IMG/VR virus record: IMGVR_UViG_3300035145_003993
Span: 147,365-211,364 of that record
DNA length: 64,000 bases
Direction: 5' to 3' (one strand)
How positions within the stretch are numbered: the stretch's first letter is position 1; every line of letters begins with the position of its first letter. Below, piece after piece: positions 1-9,275 of this stretch. The translations under genes and the position numbers were made by a program. The notes under the pieces are model-generated. The model was given only the letters and a program-made list of their open reading frames with translations, was not told the DNA's origin and made no database searches.

Positions 1-269
1 CTAAATTTGTAACCTAACTCAGGATCAAATTTGTCAACAGCTTTAAGAAGTCCTATTGTACTTTCTTGAATAAGATCATCAAAATCTAAACCATTTCTAT
101 GATATTTTTTTGCAATTGAAATAACTAATCGATAATTTGACTCAATTAGCTTTTTTCTTGCTTTTTCATCACCTTTTTTAATTCTTCTTGATAATTCAAT
201 TTCCTCTTTTTTCTTTAATAAGGGATTTTCTTTAATAACTTTAGAGAAACTAGAGTGAATATTAACCAT
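1..269 (-). CDS. RNA polymerase sigma-70 family factor (RpoD/RpoS-like), N-terminal part, runs off the window edge
   Basis: Not in ORF track. Manual translation from ATG at 269 (AGGA RBS upstream): [89 protein letters not shown], matching sigma regions 1.2 and 2.1-2.3 (LxxxEE; NxRLVxxIAKKY; DLIQE..GLxKAVDKFD...GYKF). Confidence 0.9.
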   Translation of the reverse strand, partial: MVNIHSSFSKVIKENPLLKKKEEIELSRRIKKGDEKARKKLIESNYRLVISIAKKYHRNGLDFDDLIQESTIGLLKAVDKFDPELGYKF

Positions 270-302
270 TAATTGTCCTTTAATTATATAGGTTTTTTGT
301 TA

Positions 303-331
303 ATTATACTATATATCAATTATAATTACAC
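303..331 (-). promoter_or_regulatory. Promoter GTGTAA-N17-TATAAT upstream of the sigma gene
   Basis: Forward attata at 303-308 and ttacac at 326-331, exact 17-nt spacer; the same pair recurs at four other gene-upstream sites. Confidence 0.75.
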
Positions 332-509
332 GCGATTTTTCTTTTTCTTTTAATCTTTCATTAGGTACACGATCATAGTCGTATGGATTAGGAATTTCAA
401 TTCTTAACATTCTATCATTTTCATCATAGAAATTTTCTTTTTGTTTTTCATAAATAGATTTTTTAATTAAAAGGTCATCTATAATACTGATTTCAATTTT
501 AGAATTCAT
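309..509 (-). CDS. hypothetical protein, 66 aa
   Basis: ORF in operon context with AAGGA RBS; no recognisable motif. Confidence 0.6.
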   Translation of the reverse strand: MNSKIEISIIDDLLIKKSIYEKQKENFYDENDRMLRIEIPNPYDYDRVPNERLKEKEKSRVIIIDI

Positions 510-532
510 AATTTTCCTTTCATGACTCTATA

Positions 533-2164
533 TTAATACATATCATCTGATAGTTGAACTAATTGAACTCCTCCATGACCGTCATTACTATTTAAAACAA
601 TACACCCTACTGATATTAGACTATTACATACACTAACTGCGTTTGATATTGCAGTTGCAGTAACTTTTTGTGGATCAATAATTCCTTCATCAATCATATC
701 AACATACGATTCAGTACGAACATCATATCCATAATTCCAATCTCTATTGTTTTTTATCATTTCAATAATATAATCAACTGGTTTATCTCCATTTTGCAAA
801 ATCTTTTTCAATGGAGACATACATGCGTCAGAAACAATTTTTGAAACAGTGCTATCTAGCAAGGATTCTTCTTTGCTTTCTTCTAAAAGATTTATTCCTG
901 CTCTTGCCAAAGCAATCCCACCACCTGGCAAGAATCCACTTTCAATAGCAGCTTTCGTTGCATGAAGAGCATCATCGATTCTATCTACTAATTCTAATAA
1001 CTCAGATTCTGTATGAGCTCCAATTGAAAGAACAGCAACAATACCTTTATTAATAATAAGCCTTTGTTTATAAAAGACTTCATCTTCCTTTGAAAGAGTT
1101 TTATCTTCTAATTTTTTCTCAACAGCCTTCGAAATTTCATCAGAGTTTTCACAAGAAGCACATTCAACAAAAAGAGTTGAATTATGATTTGTTTCGATCT
1201 TTTTAGAATTCCCTAAGTCTGAAAGGAGAACATTAGACATTTCTCTTTCATCTAAATCATAGAAAACTTTTGTTCCTAAAGCTTTAGCGAGATCATTTAA
1301 AATTTGATTTCTTTTTTCACCATAAAATGGAGATCTAACTGCACAAACTTGCAAAGTACCTTTTGAAACATTAGCTAACAAAGATTGAATTACTTCTTGT
1401 TCATAGTCATTTGCAATAATAAATAAAGATTTTCCAGTTTGATGTATTTTTTCTAAAATCGGAAGAATTTGTGAAAGACTATTTAATTTACAACTTAGGA
1501 TTAAAATTAAAGGATCATCTAAAACTGTTTTTGATTTTTCATTGTCATTAATAAAATAAGGTGAAACATATCCACGATCAATTTTAACACCACGAACTAA
1601 TTTAAGCTCTGTATTTGTAGTTTTAGATTTTTCGACTGTAACTAGTCCAGAAGAACCTACTTCTGACATTGCGTTAGCAATCAAGTTACCAATATATTCG
1701 TCACCGTTAGCACTAATTGTTGCAACTTGCCTTATTTCTTCATTAGAAGAAACTTTCTTTGATTTTTTAGATAATATTTCAACAACATCAGAAACCTTTT
1801 TATTTAAGTAAGAAGTGATTTCTGATGGTGATCCTATTCCTGTTTGCAAAGCTTGAGATGCTCTAAAATATAATTCTTTAGCTAAAACAGTTGAAGTTGT
1901 ACTTCCATCACCCGCTACAGTTGCTGTATTTTCGCTAGCTTGTTTTAAAAGTTTTGCGCCAAGATCTTCAACTCTATTTTGTAGAACAATACTTTTAGCT
2001 ACTGTTGCACCATCTTTAGTTAAATGAGGAGGTTCGTTATTTTTTTCTATTAATACTAATTTACCTCTTGGTCCCATTGTGATTGAAACAGCATCACAAA
2101 GTTTTTTTACTCCACTTTTTAGATGATTTTGTGCTTCTTCATCAAAGTATATTAAGTCTGACAT
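533..2164 (-). CDS. groEL: Phage-encoded group I chaperonin (GroEL-like)
   Basis: TMGPRGKLV, TKDGATVAK, AGDGSTTSTVL, ISANGD, DRGYVSPYF, GFLPGGG, GIIDP motifs; no GGM tail. Confidence 0.96.
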   Translation of the reverse strand: MSDLIYFDEEAQNHLKSGVKKLCDAVSITMGPRGKLVLIEKNNEPPHLTKDGATVAKSIVLQNRVEDLGAKLLKQASENTATVAGDGSTTSTVLAKELYFRASQALQTGIGSPSEITSYLNKKVSDVVEILSKKSKKVSSNEEIRQVATISANGDEYIGNLIANAMSEVGSSGLVTVEKSKTTNTELKLVRGVKIDRGYVSPYFINDNEKSKTVLDDPLILILSCKLNSLSQILPILEKIHQTGKSLFIIANDYEQEVIQSLLANVSKGTLQVCAVRSPFYGEKRNQILNDLAKALGTKVFYDLDEREMSNVLLSDLGNSKKIETNHNSTLFVECASCENSDEISKAVEKKLEDKTLSKEDEVFYKQRLIINKGIVAVLSIGAHTESELLELVDRIDDALHATKAAIESGFLPGGGIALARAGINLLEESKEESLLDSTVSKIVSDACMSPLKKILQNGDKPVDYIIEMIKNNRDWNYGYDVRTESYVDMIDEGIIDPQKVTATAISNAVSVCNSLISVGCIVLNSNDGHGGVQLVQLSDDMY

Positions 2165-2173
2165 TATTGTTGT

Positions 2174-2392
2174 TTATCCTTTCAACAAAGTCTTTTGTGT
2201 GTTTTCTGACAAAGACTCGTTTTTTGTCATTGTTGCGATTGAAGATGCACTAAGCATCCTTTTTTCATTAGTCAATACATCCTTGGCAAAATATAAATCA
2301 CCTGATTGGATTGCAACCTCATTTTCACTAATGATATTTTTATTTCTTAATTCTAACAAAATACTATTTGATAATACACTTTCAGTCGTCAT
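2174..2392 (-). CDS. hypothetical protein, 72 aa
   Basis: ORF tightly packed between exonuclease and groEL; no GroES-like motif seen. Confidence 0.65.
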   Translation of the reverse strand: MTTESVLSNSILLELRNKNIISENEVAIQSGDLYFAKDVLTNEKRMLSASSIATMTKNESLSENTQKTLLKG

Positions 2393-3203
2393 TATTTATA
2401 TTCCTTTCTAAAGATTTAAAAGTTTGTATATACTTTTCCCATGACTTATCTTTTCCTATTATAGAATTAAATTTAAAATTTATAAATTCTTTTTTTAATA
2501 AGTCCCAATTAAAAATTTTATTTTCACTTAATACGAAGTTTTTTTCTTCATCAACTAAATCATGAAATTTTATCATAAATTTGTTTTTATTAAATTTTTC
2601 TCTATTATTTTCTTCTGTTAAAAAATTCTCTAATAATTCTTTATTAGAAAGAAGCTTTTGAGCTTTTTTATTACCGATCCCGTTAAATCCTATAATATTA
2701 TCTGATTTGTCTCCTACAAGAGATTTCCAATCAACATAGTTGTATTCTGTTTTTTCTAGAAAACACTTTCTTACTGGATTATATAGTTTTATATTACTTG
2801 AAATTATTTGTATAAAGTCAGTATCTGATGAAACGATTGTGACATTTTCGTTATGATGTTTTTGTGTTGCAATATGTGCTATGACATCATCACATTCATA
2901 GTCATCATGTTTAATAATTTTAAAAGGAAAATATTCTTTTAAAAGTCTTATAATTTCTTTTTTTTGTGACTGAAAATTGTCTTTATCGTGATAAACTCTT
3001 TGTCCTTTATAATCAGGAGAAATTTCTAATCTTTTTTTAGGAATACCTTCCAAAACAAAATAACAAACATCAGGATCGAATTTTTCTACTAAAGGTCTTA
3101 AACTTCTAAAAAAATTAAATATAGTTGAATAATCTCCTTTATTCATTCTAGAATAACGCGATCTATAAATTAAATTATATCCATCAAGAAGTAGTACTTT
3201 CAT
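2382..3203 (-). CDS. 5'-3' exonuclease / flap endonuclease (T4 RNase H / Pol I N-terminal-like), paralog 1
   Basis: LLDGYNL, YKGQR, YECDDVIA, VSSDTDFIQ, LVGDKSDNIIGFNGIGNKKA (H3TH). Start moved to ATG 3203 (MKVLLLDG). Confidence 0.92.
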   Translation of the reverse strand: MKVLLLDGYNLIYRSRYSRMNKGDYSTIFNFFRSLRPLVEKFDPDVCYFVLEGIPKKRLEISPDYKGQRVYHDKDNFQSQKKEIIRLLKEYFPFKIIKHDDYECDDVIAHIATQKHHNENVTIVSSDTDFIQIISSNIKLYNPVRKCFLEKTEYNYVDWKSLVGDKSDNIIGFNGIGNKKAQKLLSNKELLENFLTEENNREKFNKNKFMIKFHDLVDEEKNFVLSENKIFNWDLLKKEFINFKFNSIIGKDKSWEKYIQTFKSLERNINNDD

Positions 3204-3669
3204 TATTGATTTCTTCTTTTTCTTTACCATTAATAATACTAGTATTTAAAATATTTGTATTGTCAATAATATTTGCTGTTTGACCATTATCTAAATTAAT
3301 CTTTATTTGATTATTTTTTATAATACTATTATTTGTCTCATTTTTACACTTTAAAGAATCTCTATTTAATTTTTCTTCCACTATATTAAAGAATTCTTCT
3401 TCGAGATTAATTGCACTTTCAATCATTTTACTAATAGAAGATTTTGCTCTTTCTAAAATAAATTCATTAACTTCATCTAAATCTTCAAAAGTATTATCTA
3501 ACTTATCTATACTAATTTTTTTACCTTTTTTATTAGGTAATAAAACTTTATAATTAGTTACTTCACCTTCTAGATCTTTTATGACAATTTGCTCTACTAT
3601 CTTTACAGGTATAATAGCTTGCTTGTCTTTTAAAATAGTATATAAAATTTGCCCTACTTCATATGACAT
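3184..3669 (-). CDS. hypothetical protein, 161 aa
   Basis: ORF on main coding strand, overlaps the next gene. Confidence 0.7.
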   Translation of the reverse strand: MSYEVGQILYTILKDKQAIIPVKIVEQIVIKDLEGEVTNYKVLLPNKKGKKISIDKLDNTFEDLDEVNEFILERAKSSISKMIESAINLEEEFFNIVEEKLNRDSLKCKNETNNSIIKNNQIKINLDNGQTANIIDNTNILNTSIINGKEKEEINNESTTS

Positions 3670-3671
3670 TT

Positions 3672-3998
3672 TTATTTCTCTTTTATGTTTTTATTTATTT
3701 TATCATTTATTTTATTTCCAAGTTTTGATGCTTTATTTAAAGGCATTAATCCTAATGCCTCCCTAACTTGGTCGTATAATTCTTCGCTTAATTTGCTTTT
3801 TAATTGCATCATATTTGCGTATGAATGTAAAACTATTTCTCTTTCAACATCATCTTCTTCAATTTTTCTAGATTCATACATAAACAAAACAGAAGGCATG
3901 TTTTCTTCATTATTTAAATTAACAAAAGGAAGTCCTCCAGTTATTGTTTCCTCACCTTTACTAAAATCTTCATAACATATTTCTGGCTGTCTTTTCAT
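3672..3998 (-). CDS. hypothetical protein, 108 aa
   Basis: ORF with AAGGA RBS. Confidence 0.7.
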   Translation of the reverse strand: MKRQPEICYEDFSKGEETITGGLPFVNLNNEENMPSVLFMYESRKIEEDDVEREIVLHSYANMMQLKSKLSEELYDQVREALGLMPLNKASKLGNKINDKINKNIKEK

Positions 3999-4047
3999 AC
4001 AATATCCTTTTTTTGTCTATTATATGAAATATAATGTCTTATTAAAA

Positions 4048-6471
4048 TTATAATTTCATTTTTTTAATTTTATCATCTATTGTATTTTTGACCTGGACTC
4101 TTTTGATACTGTCTTTTAAATAATTATCTTTTATAACACTGTTATTTTTAAAAACATATTCATTAAAATCTTGAAGCATTTTTTTCGTTTCAGAAAATGA
4201 CGAATTATTAATTTCTTTTAATTTTTTCCCGTATTCTGATTTTTGAAAATCTTTTGGATCATAATCTATATCAAATAAATTTGTGTCTGATAGATATTTT
4301 AATCCGTCGATTTTTTCTAAATCTTCATATCTTTTATCAAGTTCGTCATTTAAATTATTATATTTTTGTTCTGTCATTTTTTTATTATCATCATATAATT
4401 TAAGAACATTTTGATATTCTTTTGAAAATAAAGACTGAAAGTATTCAATCACTTTAATATACGTTTCAGCAATTTCTTTTTGAATAAAACCTTCAATATT
4501 AGATATTTCATCGTCGTCAGTACTTAAAATTTCGTTAATAAAGTCTTCGTTATTTTCTAATTCATTTATTTTCATAAAATTTGTATTTAACCAATTAAAT
4601 ATAGCAATATATTTTTCTTGATAACTCATTTCAAAAAATTTAAGACTAAAAATAATTCTATCAGTAATTATCTTCTCTAATTCTTGAAGATAATTGCTAT
4701 TCTCTATTGAGTCTTTAAAAGTTTTATATGAACTTTCATTTTTAAAGTCTTCAAAATTGTGATCAATATTTTTTTTAAATAAATTTTTATCTTTACTCTT
4801 AATTTTAATATCATCTAATAATAAATTATAATATTGTTTTATATACGAATCAGAATCTTCTTGTATACTTTTTTTAATATTACTAATTTCTTCTTGTTTT
4901 AATTTATCGTCAGAATTTTTTAAATCGTCTATTTTTTCTTCGAAATTTTTTAATTCTTTTTTATATATATCTTTTTCGTCAATAAATATTTGATCAGTTA
5001 GATAGTCATTTATGTAACCTTTGAGATCATTATCTTTGATGTAATTTAAAAAACCTCCAATGTTATCTTGAATTTTATTTTGAATTAGTTCATTAAAAGT
5101 TTTATCTTGAATTTTATTTACTTTTTTAAAATCTGTATTAGAAACAAGGCTTTTGTCTACACCATAATCAAGATTATATTCATTAACAGCTTTTACTAAA
5201 AGTAAGTCAATTATAATGCAAGAAGCAAGTCTATATTGATCTTTATAATATTTATTTATTTTATCTAAATCTTCATCAGATTTTTCTATTTCAAAAGTTT
5301 TATTATTTAAATCTTTTTTTTCTGATTCAGAACTGTTTTCAATCTTATCTCCTAGATCATTAAATTTTTTATTAGTTTTTTCGTTTTTATTAACTTGTTT
5401 TAAAGATTCTGTTTTAAAGTCAAATTTCCCATCATTGATAATCTTTTGAATTTCTTCATTTTCTAAAAGAACTGCTACAGCTATAGAATTGGATAATTCT
5501 AGAATTAAAGAAGCAAATTTATCAATTTCAAAATCATTACCAATATTTTCTTTTAATATAATATTTTTATTATTAATTTGCAAAACTTTTTTTAATCTAT
5601 ATGAAGACTCGTTCTTTTTTGTGTCAACTAAAGAAGTTTTTTTTATCGATTTTAAATAACTTTTAAGTTTCTCTAAGAATTTTTTTGATGTTTTGTTTTT
5701 TATAATGTTATAAGAAGTATAAGTTCGATTTTCTAATACTTTTTTTATTAAATTGAAAGTTTCTTTGTCTTTTTTCTTAAGAACCTCGTTGTTCATAATA
5801 TCAAAAAATTCTGGGTGAGCTTTTTTACTTAAAAATAAATTTAATTTAGGTTTAAGTTTATTAACTTTTTGTATGTTTTTTCTTAAAAGTTGATCAATAA
5901 TAGTTTTTGTAGGTGATTCTATTTTATTATCTTCATTAGATATAAGTTCAATTTCATAAATCATCCAAAAGATTATAAGTTGATACATATCATGGTCAAT
6001 ATTATTGTATTTTGCATATAAATTTTTATTATACAATTTCCCAGTTAAAAGATCAGATAAATTAATTTTGTCAAATATTGTTACACCTGGAACACTTAAA
6101 GCAAAAGTAGATAATTCTGAATTTGATATTCCTGCTTTGTTTAACATAGACTTTGTTGTATTGTCTATATTAGATATTGTTCTATCACTTGAATCAACAA
6201 AACTTACTCTTGCGTCTTTTAATGCTCTTTTAAAATCTTCATCTGACATGTTTTTTAATATTTTTGCTCTAAAGGTAAGCCATCCAGATTTTATTGTGAA
6301 TTTTGCTAATTGTGATAAAAACTTAGAACTATCACCCATAAATGAACTAACATCTCCAACAACGTCGGTTGTTATACCTTTTAATAATTCCTTATCAGAG
6401 CTGTCTTCTAAAATAATTTTTTTATTAAAAATCTTTAATACTTTATTTTTCATAGTGTTTATCTTCTTCAT
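4048..6471 (-). CDS. large K/N/D/E-rich hypothetical protein, about 800 aa (possible virion-internal protein)
   Basis: Long ORF, helical/low-complexity composition; alternative start at 6453. Confidence 0.7.
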   Translation of the reverse strand: MKKINTMKNKVLKIFNKKIILEDSSDKELLKGITTDVVGDVSSFMGDSSKFLSQLAKFTIKSGWLTFRAKILKNMSDEDFKRALKDARVSFVDSSDRTISNIDNTTKSMLNKAGISNSELSTFALSVPGVTIFDKINLSDLLTGKLYNKNLYAKYNNIDHDMYQLIIFWMIYEIELISNEDNKIESPTKTIIDQLLRKNIQKVNKLKPKLNLFLSKKAHPEFFDIMNNEVLKKKDKETFNLIKKVLENRTYTSYNIIKNKTSKKFLEKLKSYLKSIKKTSLVDTKKNESSYRLKKVLQINNKNIILKENIGNDFEIDKFASLILELSNSIAVAVLLENEEIQKIINDGKFDFKTESLKQVNKNEKTNKKFNDLGDKIENSSESEKKDLNNKTFEIEKSDEDLDKINKYYKDQYRLASCIIIDLLLVKAVNEYNLDYGVDKSLVSNTDFKKVNKIQDKTFNELIQNKIQDNIGGFLNYIKDNDLKGYINDYLTDQIFIDEKDIYKKELKNFEEKIDDLKNSDDKLKQEEISNIKKSIQEDSDSYIKQYYNLLLDDIKIKSKDKNLFKKNIDHNFEDFKNESSYKTFKDSIENSNYLQELEKIITDRIIFSLKFFEMSYQEKYIAIFNWLNTNFMKINELENNEDFINEILSTDDDEISNIEGFIQKEIAETYIKVIEYFQSLFSKEYQNVLKLYDDNKKMTEQKYNNLNDELDKRYEDLEKIDGLKYLSDTNLFDIDYDPKDFQKSEYGKKLKEINNSSFSETKKMLQDFNEYVFKNNSVIKDNYLKDSIKRVQVKNTIDDKIKKMKL

Positions 6472-6715
6472 ATAATTTTAAACTAATACCATAATTATCA
6501 GAACAGTAATTAATTAAGCTTATTTCGAAGTCATTTAATGTATGTTTATACGATTGACTATTCCTAGTAGAAAAATATTTTCTAATTTTAGGTTGCGAAT
6601 ATCTCATAATATATTTTTTAACAATTAACCAATTGTCTTCTTTATATATATCTAATAACTCTTCAAGAAGTTCTATAATTGTTTCCTTATGGTTTTGATC
6701 TATAGTGTTAAACAT
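6443..6715 (-). CDS. hypothetical protein, 90 aa
   Basis: ORF coupled to upstream gene by TAATG overlap at 6715. Confidence 0.7.
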   Translation of the reverse strand: MFNTIDQNHKETIIELLEELLDIYKEDNWLIVKKYIMRYSQPKIRKYFSTRNSQSYKHTLNDFEISLINYCSDNYGISLKLYEEDKHYEK

Positions 6716-7674
6716 TAAAATACTCCAAAATAATTTAGTTCAATACAATTATTATTTGATAAATCATCTATTTGTTTATTACTTTGAGTTATTTTAAAGT
6801 CTTGTAATAAAATATTTTTTTCTAAACCAGGTTCATAAATTAAAATCGACTCTAGATTAGTAAGACTTTTTAAATAAGAAACGAACTCTTTATATAGTAG
6901 ATATTGTATTAAACTTTTACAATCATTTTTTTTATTTAAATGACTTTGATTAAGAATAATATCTTTGCAGTAATTTGAAGAAATTTTATATTCATATTTA
7001 ACGTTTAAATAATCATACAATTTAAAATCAAACTTTTCTTCATTAGTATTAAAACTATATGATTTATTCATAATGATTGATTTAAAATCATTAAAACAAC
7101 TTAAATAAGATTTTAATTGATAACTTTCTGGGATTTTTATAAAAGAATTATTTAAACAATCATAAATATTAGATTTTGTTTCGTAAGAATTGTCAATTAA
7201 AATAGACCTATTATTTTTATTTGTAAAAGTTCCTTCTCTATTTTTATAATGACAAAAATTATAAATTCCTTCTAAATAAATTATATCTAAGTTAGAATCC
7301 CATAATATCGGAATAAATTTGGTTTCATTTTTTTTTATATTGATTTGTTGCCAATAATTTTTATTTTTTGATTTATTAAACAATTCTAATATTATAGAAA
7401 TAATTCTGTAGATGTTCGAATTAGTTTTGTAAAAGTTATTGATATTTTCGAGACTAATTCCTTTTATATCTCTTAGTTTTTGTGTTCTAAAGTCTATAAC
7501 AAATTCAGATCTTTCTTTAGACCATCTTACTGGAAATAACATGTTTGATGTAAATTCATAGCACTTCTTTTTTGAAATGATTCTTAATAAGTTTTTGTAA
7601 AAAACTAAACTTTTATTAATTGTATTAATTTGATTTAAATGATATGGTTTTGTAACATTAATAATTTCAAACAT
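6715..7674 (-). CDS. hypothetical protein, 319 aa
   Basis: Long ORF; no motif recognised. Confidence 0.7.
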   Translation of the reverse strand: MFEIINVTKPYHLNQINTINKSLVFYKNLLRIISKKKCYEFTSNMLFPVRWSKERSEFVIDFRTQKLRDIKGISLENINNFYKTNSNIYRIISIILELFNKSKNKNYWQQINIKKNETKFIPILWDSNLDIIYLEGIYNFCHYKNREGTFTNKNNRSILIDNSYETKSNIYDCLNNSFIKIPESYQLKSYLSCFNDFKSIIMNKSYSFNTNEEKFDFKLYDYLNVKYEYKISSNYCKDIILNQSHLNKKNDCKSLIQYLLYKEFVSYLKSLTNLESILIYEPGLEKNILLQDFKITQSNKQIDDLSNNNCIELNYFGVF

Positions 7675-7680
7675 CTACAA

Positions 7681-8388
7681 TTAAGAATTAATTTTTTTTA
7701 AAAATTCAATTATTTCTTTTTTCTCTTGGATAGACTCTTCGACTTCTGTATCGACATTACCTACCTTTATTACTGAAATTGGTGATGCCAATTTTTCTTC
7801 TGCTTTCTCTTTTGGCATATCTTGTAAATCTTCTAATTGATCTTTTCTACTTTGTGATCTTTTTAATTCACTTTTTGTTGCTTCTGATTTTCCAATAATA
7901 ATTTTTAAATCTTTAGGGCTATAAGCTGCTTTTCCGTTTACGTCAAGTAAAGTTATTTGTACGAGACCTTTTAAGAATACGTGTAAAGCCTTTTTTTCGT
8001 CACCTGTAAGCTTGTTAAAATATTTTTCTAAATCTTCATGAACACTTTTCTTAGAAAGAGAATGCGACGCTCTAAACTGATTTAGAATACTTTTAAGTTT
8101 ATCAAAATTATCAGCATCTGCTAAGTTAATAGTAGAAGGAGATTCATCTGGAGTATCATCAATCATTTCTTCTTTATCGTCAACTCTTTCTTCTTTATTA
8201 TCATCTCCTATTTCAGATGAGTCATTAGATTCTTCTTCATCTTCTTTGAGATTTTTTTCTAAATCTTGATGATAAGTTCCTCTACTTCTAGAGTCAGCAA
8301 TAAATTCATTTTGATTTTCTTTAACTTTTTCCCAAGAGTTTTCTTCTTTTAATATTTCTTCAAGTTTGTTTAAAATATCAAAATTCAT
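7681..8388 (-). CDS. acidic hypothetical protein, 235 aa
   Basis: ORF with GGAGG RBS; N-terminal ILxE-type leader. Confidence 0.75.
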   Translation of the reverse strand: MNFDILNKLEEILKEENSWEKVKENQNEFIADSRSRGTYHQDLEKNLKEDEEESNDSSEIGDDNKEERVDDKEEMIDDTPDESPSTINLADADNFDKLKSILNQFRASHSLSKKSVHEDLEKYFNKLTGDEKKALHVFLKGLVQITLLDVNGKAAYSPKDLKIIIGKSEATKSELKRSQSRKDQLEDLQDMPKEKAEEKLASPISVIKVGNVDTEVEESIQEKKEIIEFLKKINS

Positions 8389-8558
8389 TATTTATCCTCC
8401 CAGACAATTCTGTTTTGCCATCTTTCATTATACTGAGCATTTCGAAGTCTTCTTCTTTCGTCTTCTTCTCTAATATGATTTTCAATTTGACGTCTTTGTT
8501 GATTATCAATTTGTCTTTTATCTAGATCTTTTATAAACTTATCAAATTCAAATTCCAT
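8388..8558 (-). CDS. small hypothetical protein, 56 aa (missed by ORF track)
   Basis: AAGGA RBS, ATG at 8558, MEFEFDKFIKDLDKRQIDNQQRRQIENHIREEDERRRLRNAQYNERWQNRIVWEDK, stop overlaps next start (TAATG at 8386-8390). Confidence 0.7.
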   Translation of the reverse strand: MEFEFDKFIKDLDKRQIDNQQRRQIENHIREEDERRRLRNAQYNERWQNRIVWEDK

Positions 8559-8572
8559 TGTTATTTCCTTAT

Positions 8573-8923
8573 CTATTTGTATATAATTATTTTAATTTTA
8601 TAATTATTTTCAAAAACGTTATATAATTTATATTTTAATAATGATTTTTTACCATTAAATATAGATTCTTCAAAGTCTTCTAACCCAATTGAAATGTTAA
8701 TTTCTTTATTTATAAATAACTTCTGTAAAGACTTTTTATTAATTTTGAATGTAACCTTATATTTACTTTTTGAATTAACGTATGATAAAATAGAAAACTT
8801 TTCATTAAATAACTTAATCCATAGATTATTGTTATTAATATTAGAAGAAGAAAGATTATCTAAATCAATTATATCTTCTAGATCCTTAGACAAAAATAAT
8901 CTTTCTTCTTCACTATTCTGCAT
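8573..8923 (-). CDS. hypothetical protein, 116 aa
   Basis: ORF on main strand, overlaps neighbour. Confidence 0.6.
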   Translation of the reverse strand: MQNSEEERLFLSKDLEDIIDLDNLSSSNINNNNLWIKLFNEKFSILSYVNSKSKYKVTFKINKKSLQKLFINKEINISIGLEDFEESIFNGKKSLLKYKLYNVFENNYKIKIIIYK

Positions 8924-9260
8924 AATAATACATTACATCTTTTTTGATTTTGTCTATATCTTTTGAAGCTTCTAATTCTAGTTCTGAAACTCTTCCTGAA
9001 TAAGAATGGATAATAATTCCTACAGATAATTTTCTAAATCTCAATTCAATATCAGCATCACATTCATTAGTATATTTTAGTATTTCTACAATAAATGACT
9101 CAAAAAACTTTACACTTTCAAACAAATATACTTTTTTTAATTTCTTCTCTTCGACATTTATCCATTTAGACTTTTTTACTTTTAAAGGTTTAAAACTGTC
9201 TTGAACCTTTAAATTAGAATTTTCATTTAAATAGTTTTGCATCAGGTTTTTTAAATACAT
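8913..9260 (-). CDS. degenerate pterin-4a-carbinolamine dehydratase (PhhB/DCoH)-like protein
   Basis: W...L.K.Y.F...F...I.......I......V.I.H......ELE.S..ID pattern fits the PCD fold, but the HHP catalytic motif is absent. Confidence 0.45.
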   Translation of the reverse strand: MYLKNLMQNYLNENSNLKVQDSFKPLKVKKSKWINVEEKKLKKVYLFESVKFFESFIVEILKYTNECDADIELRFRKLSVGIIIHSYSGRVSELELEASKDIDKIKKDVMYYYAE

Positions 9261-9275
9261 TATTATTCCTTGAAT

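Noticed and set aside
2174-2392. GroES candidate next to groEL
   Set aside because: It lacks the PLxDRV start, mobile loop and GxG motifs of Cpn10
9087-9115. Intragenic GTGTAA on the minus strand
   Set aside because: No -10-like hexamer at the 17-nt spacing; it serves as a negative control for the motif
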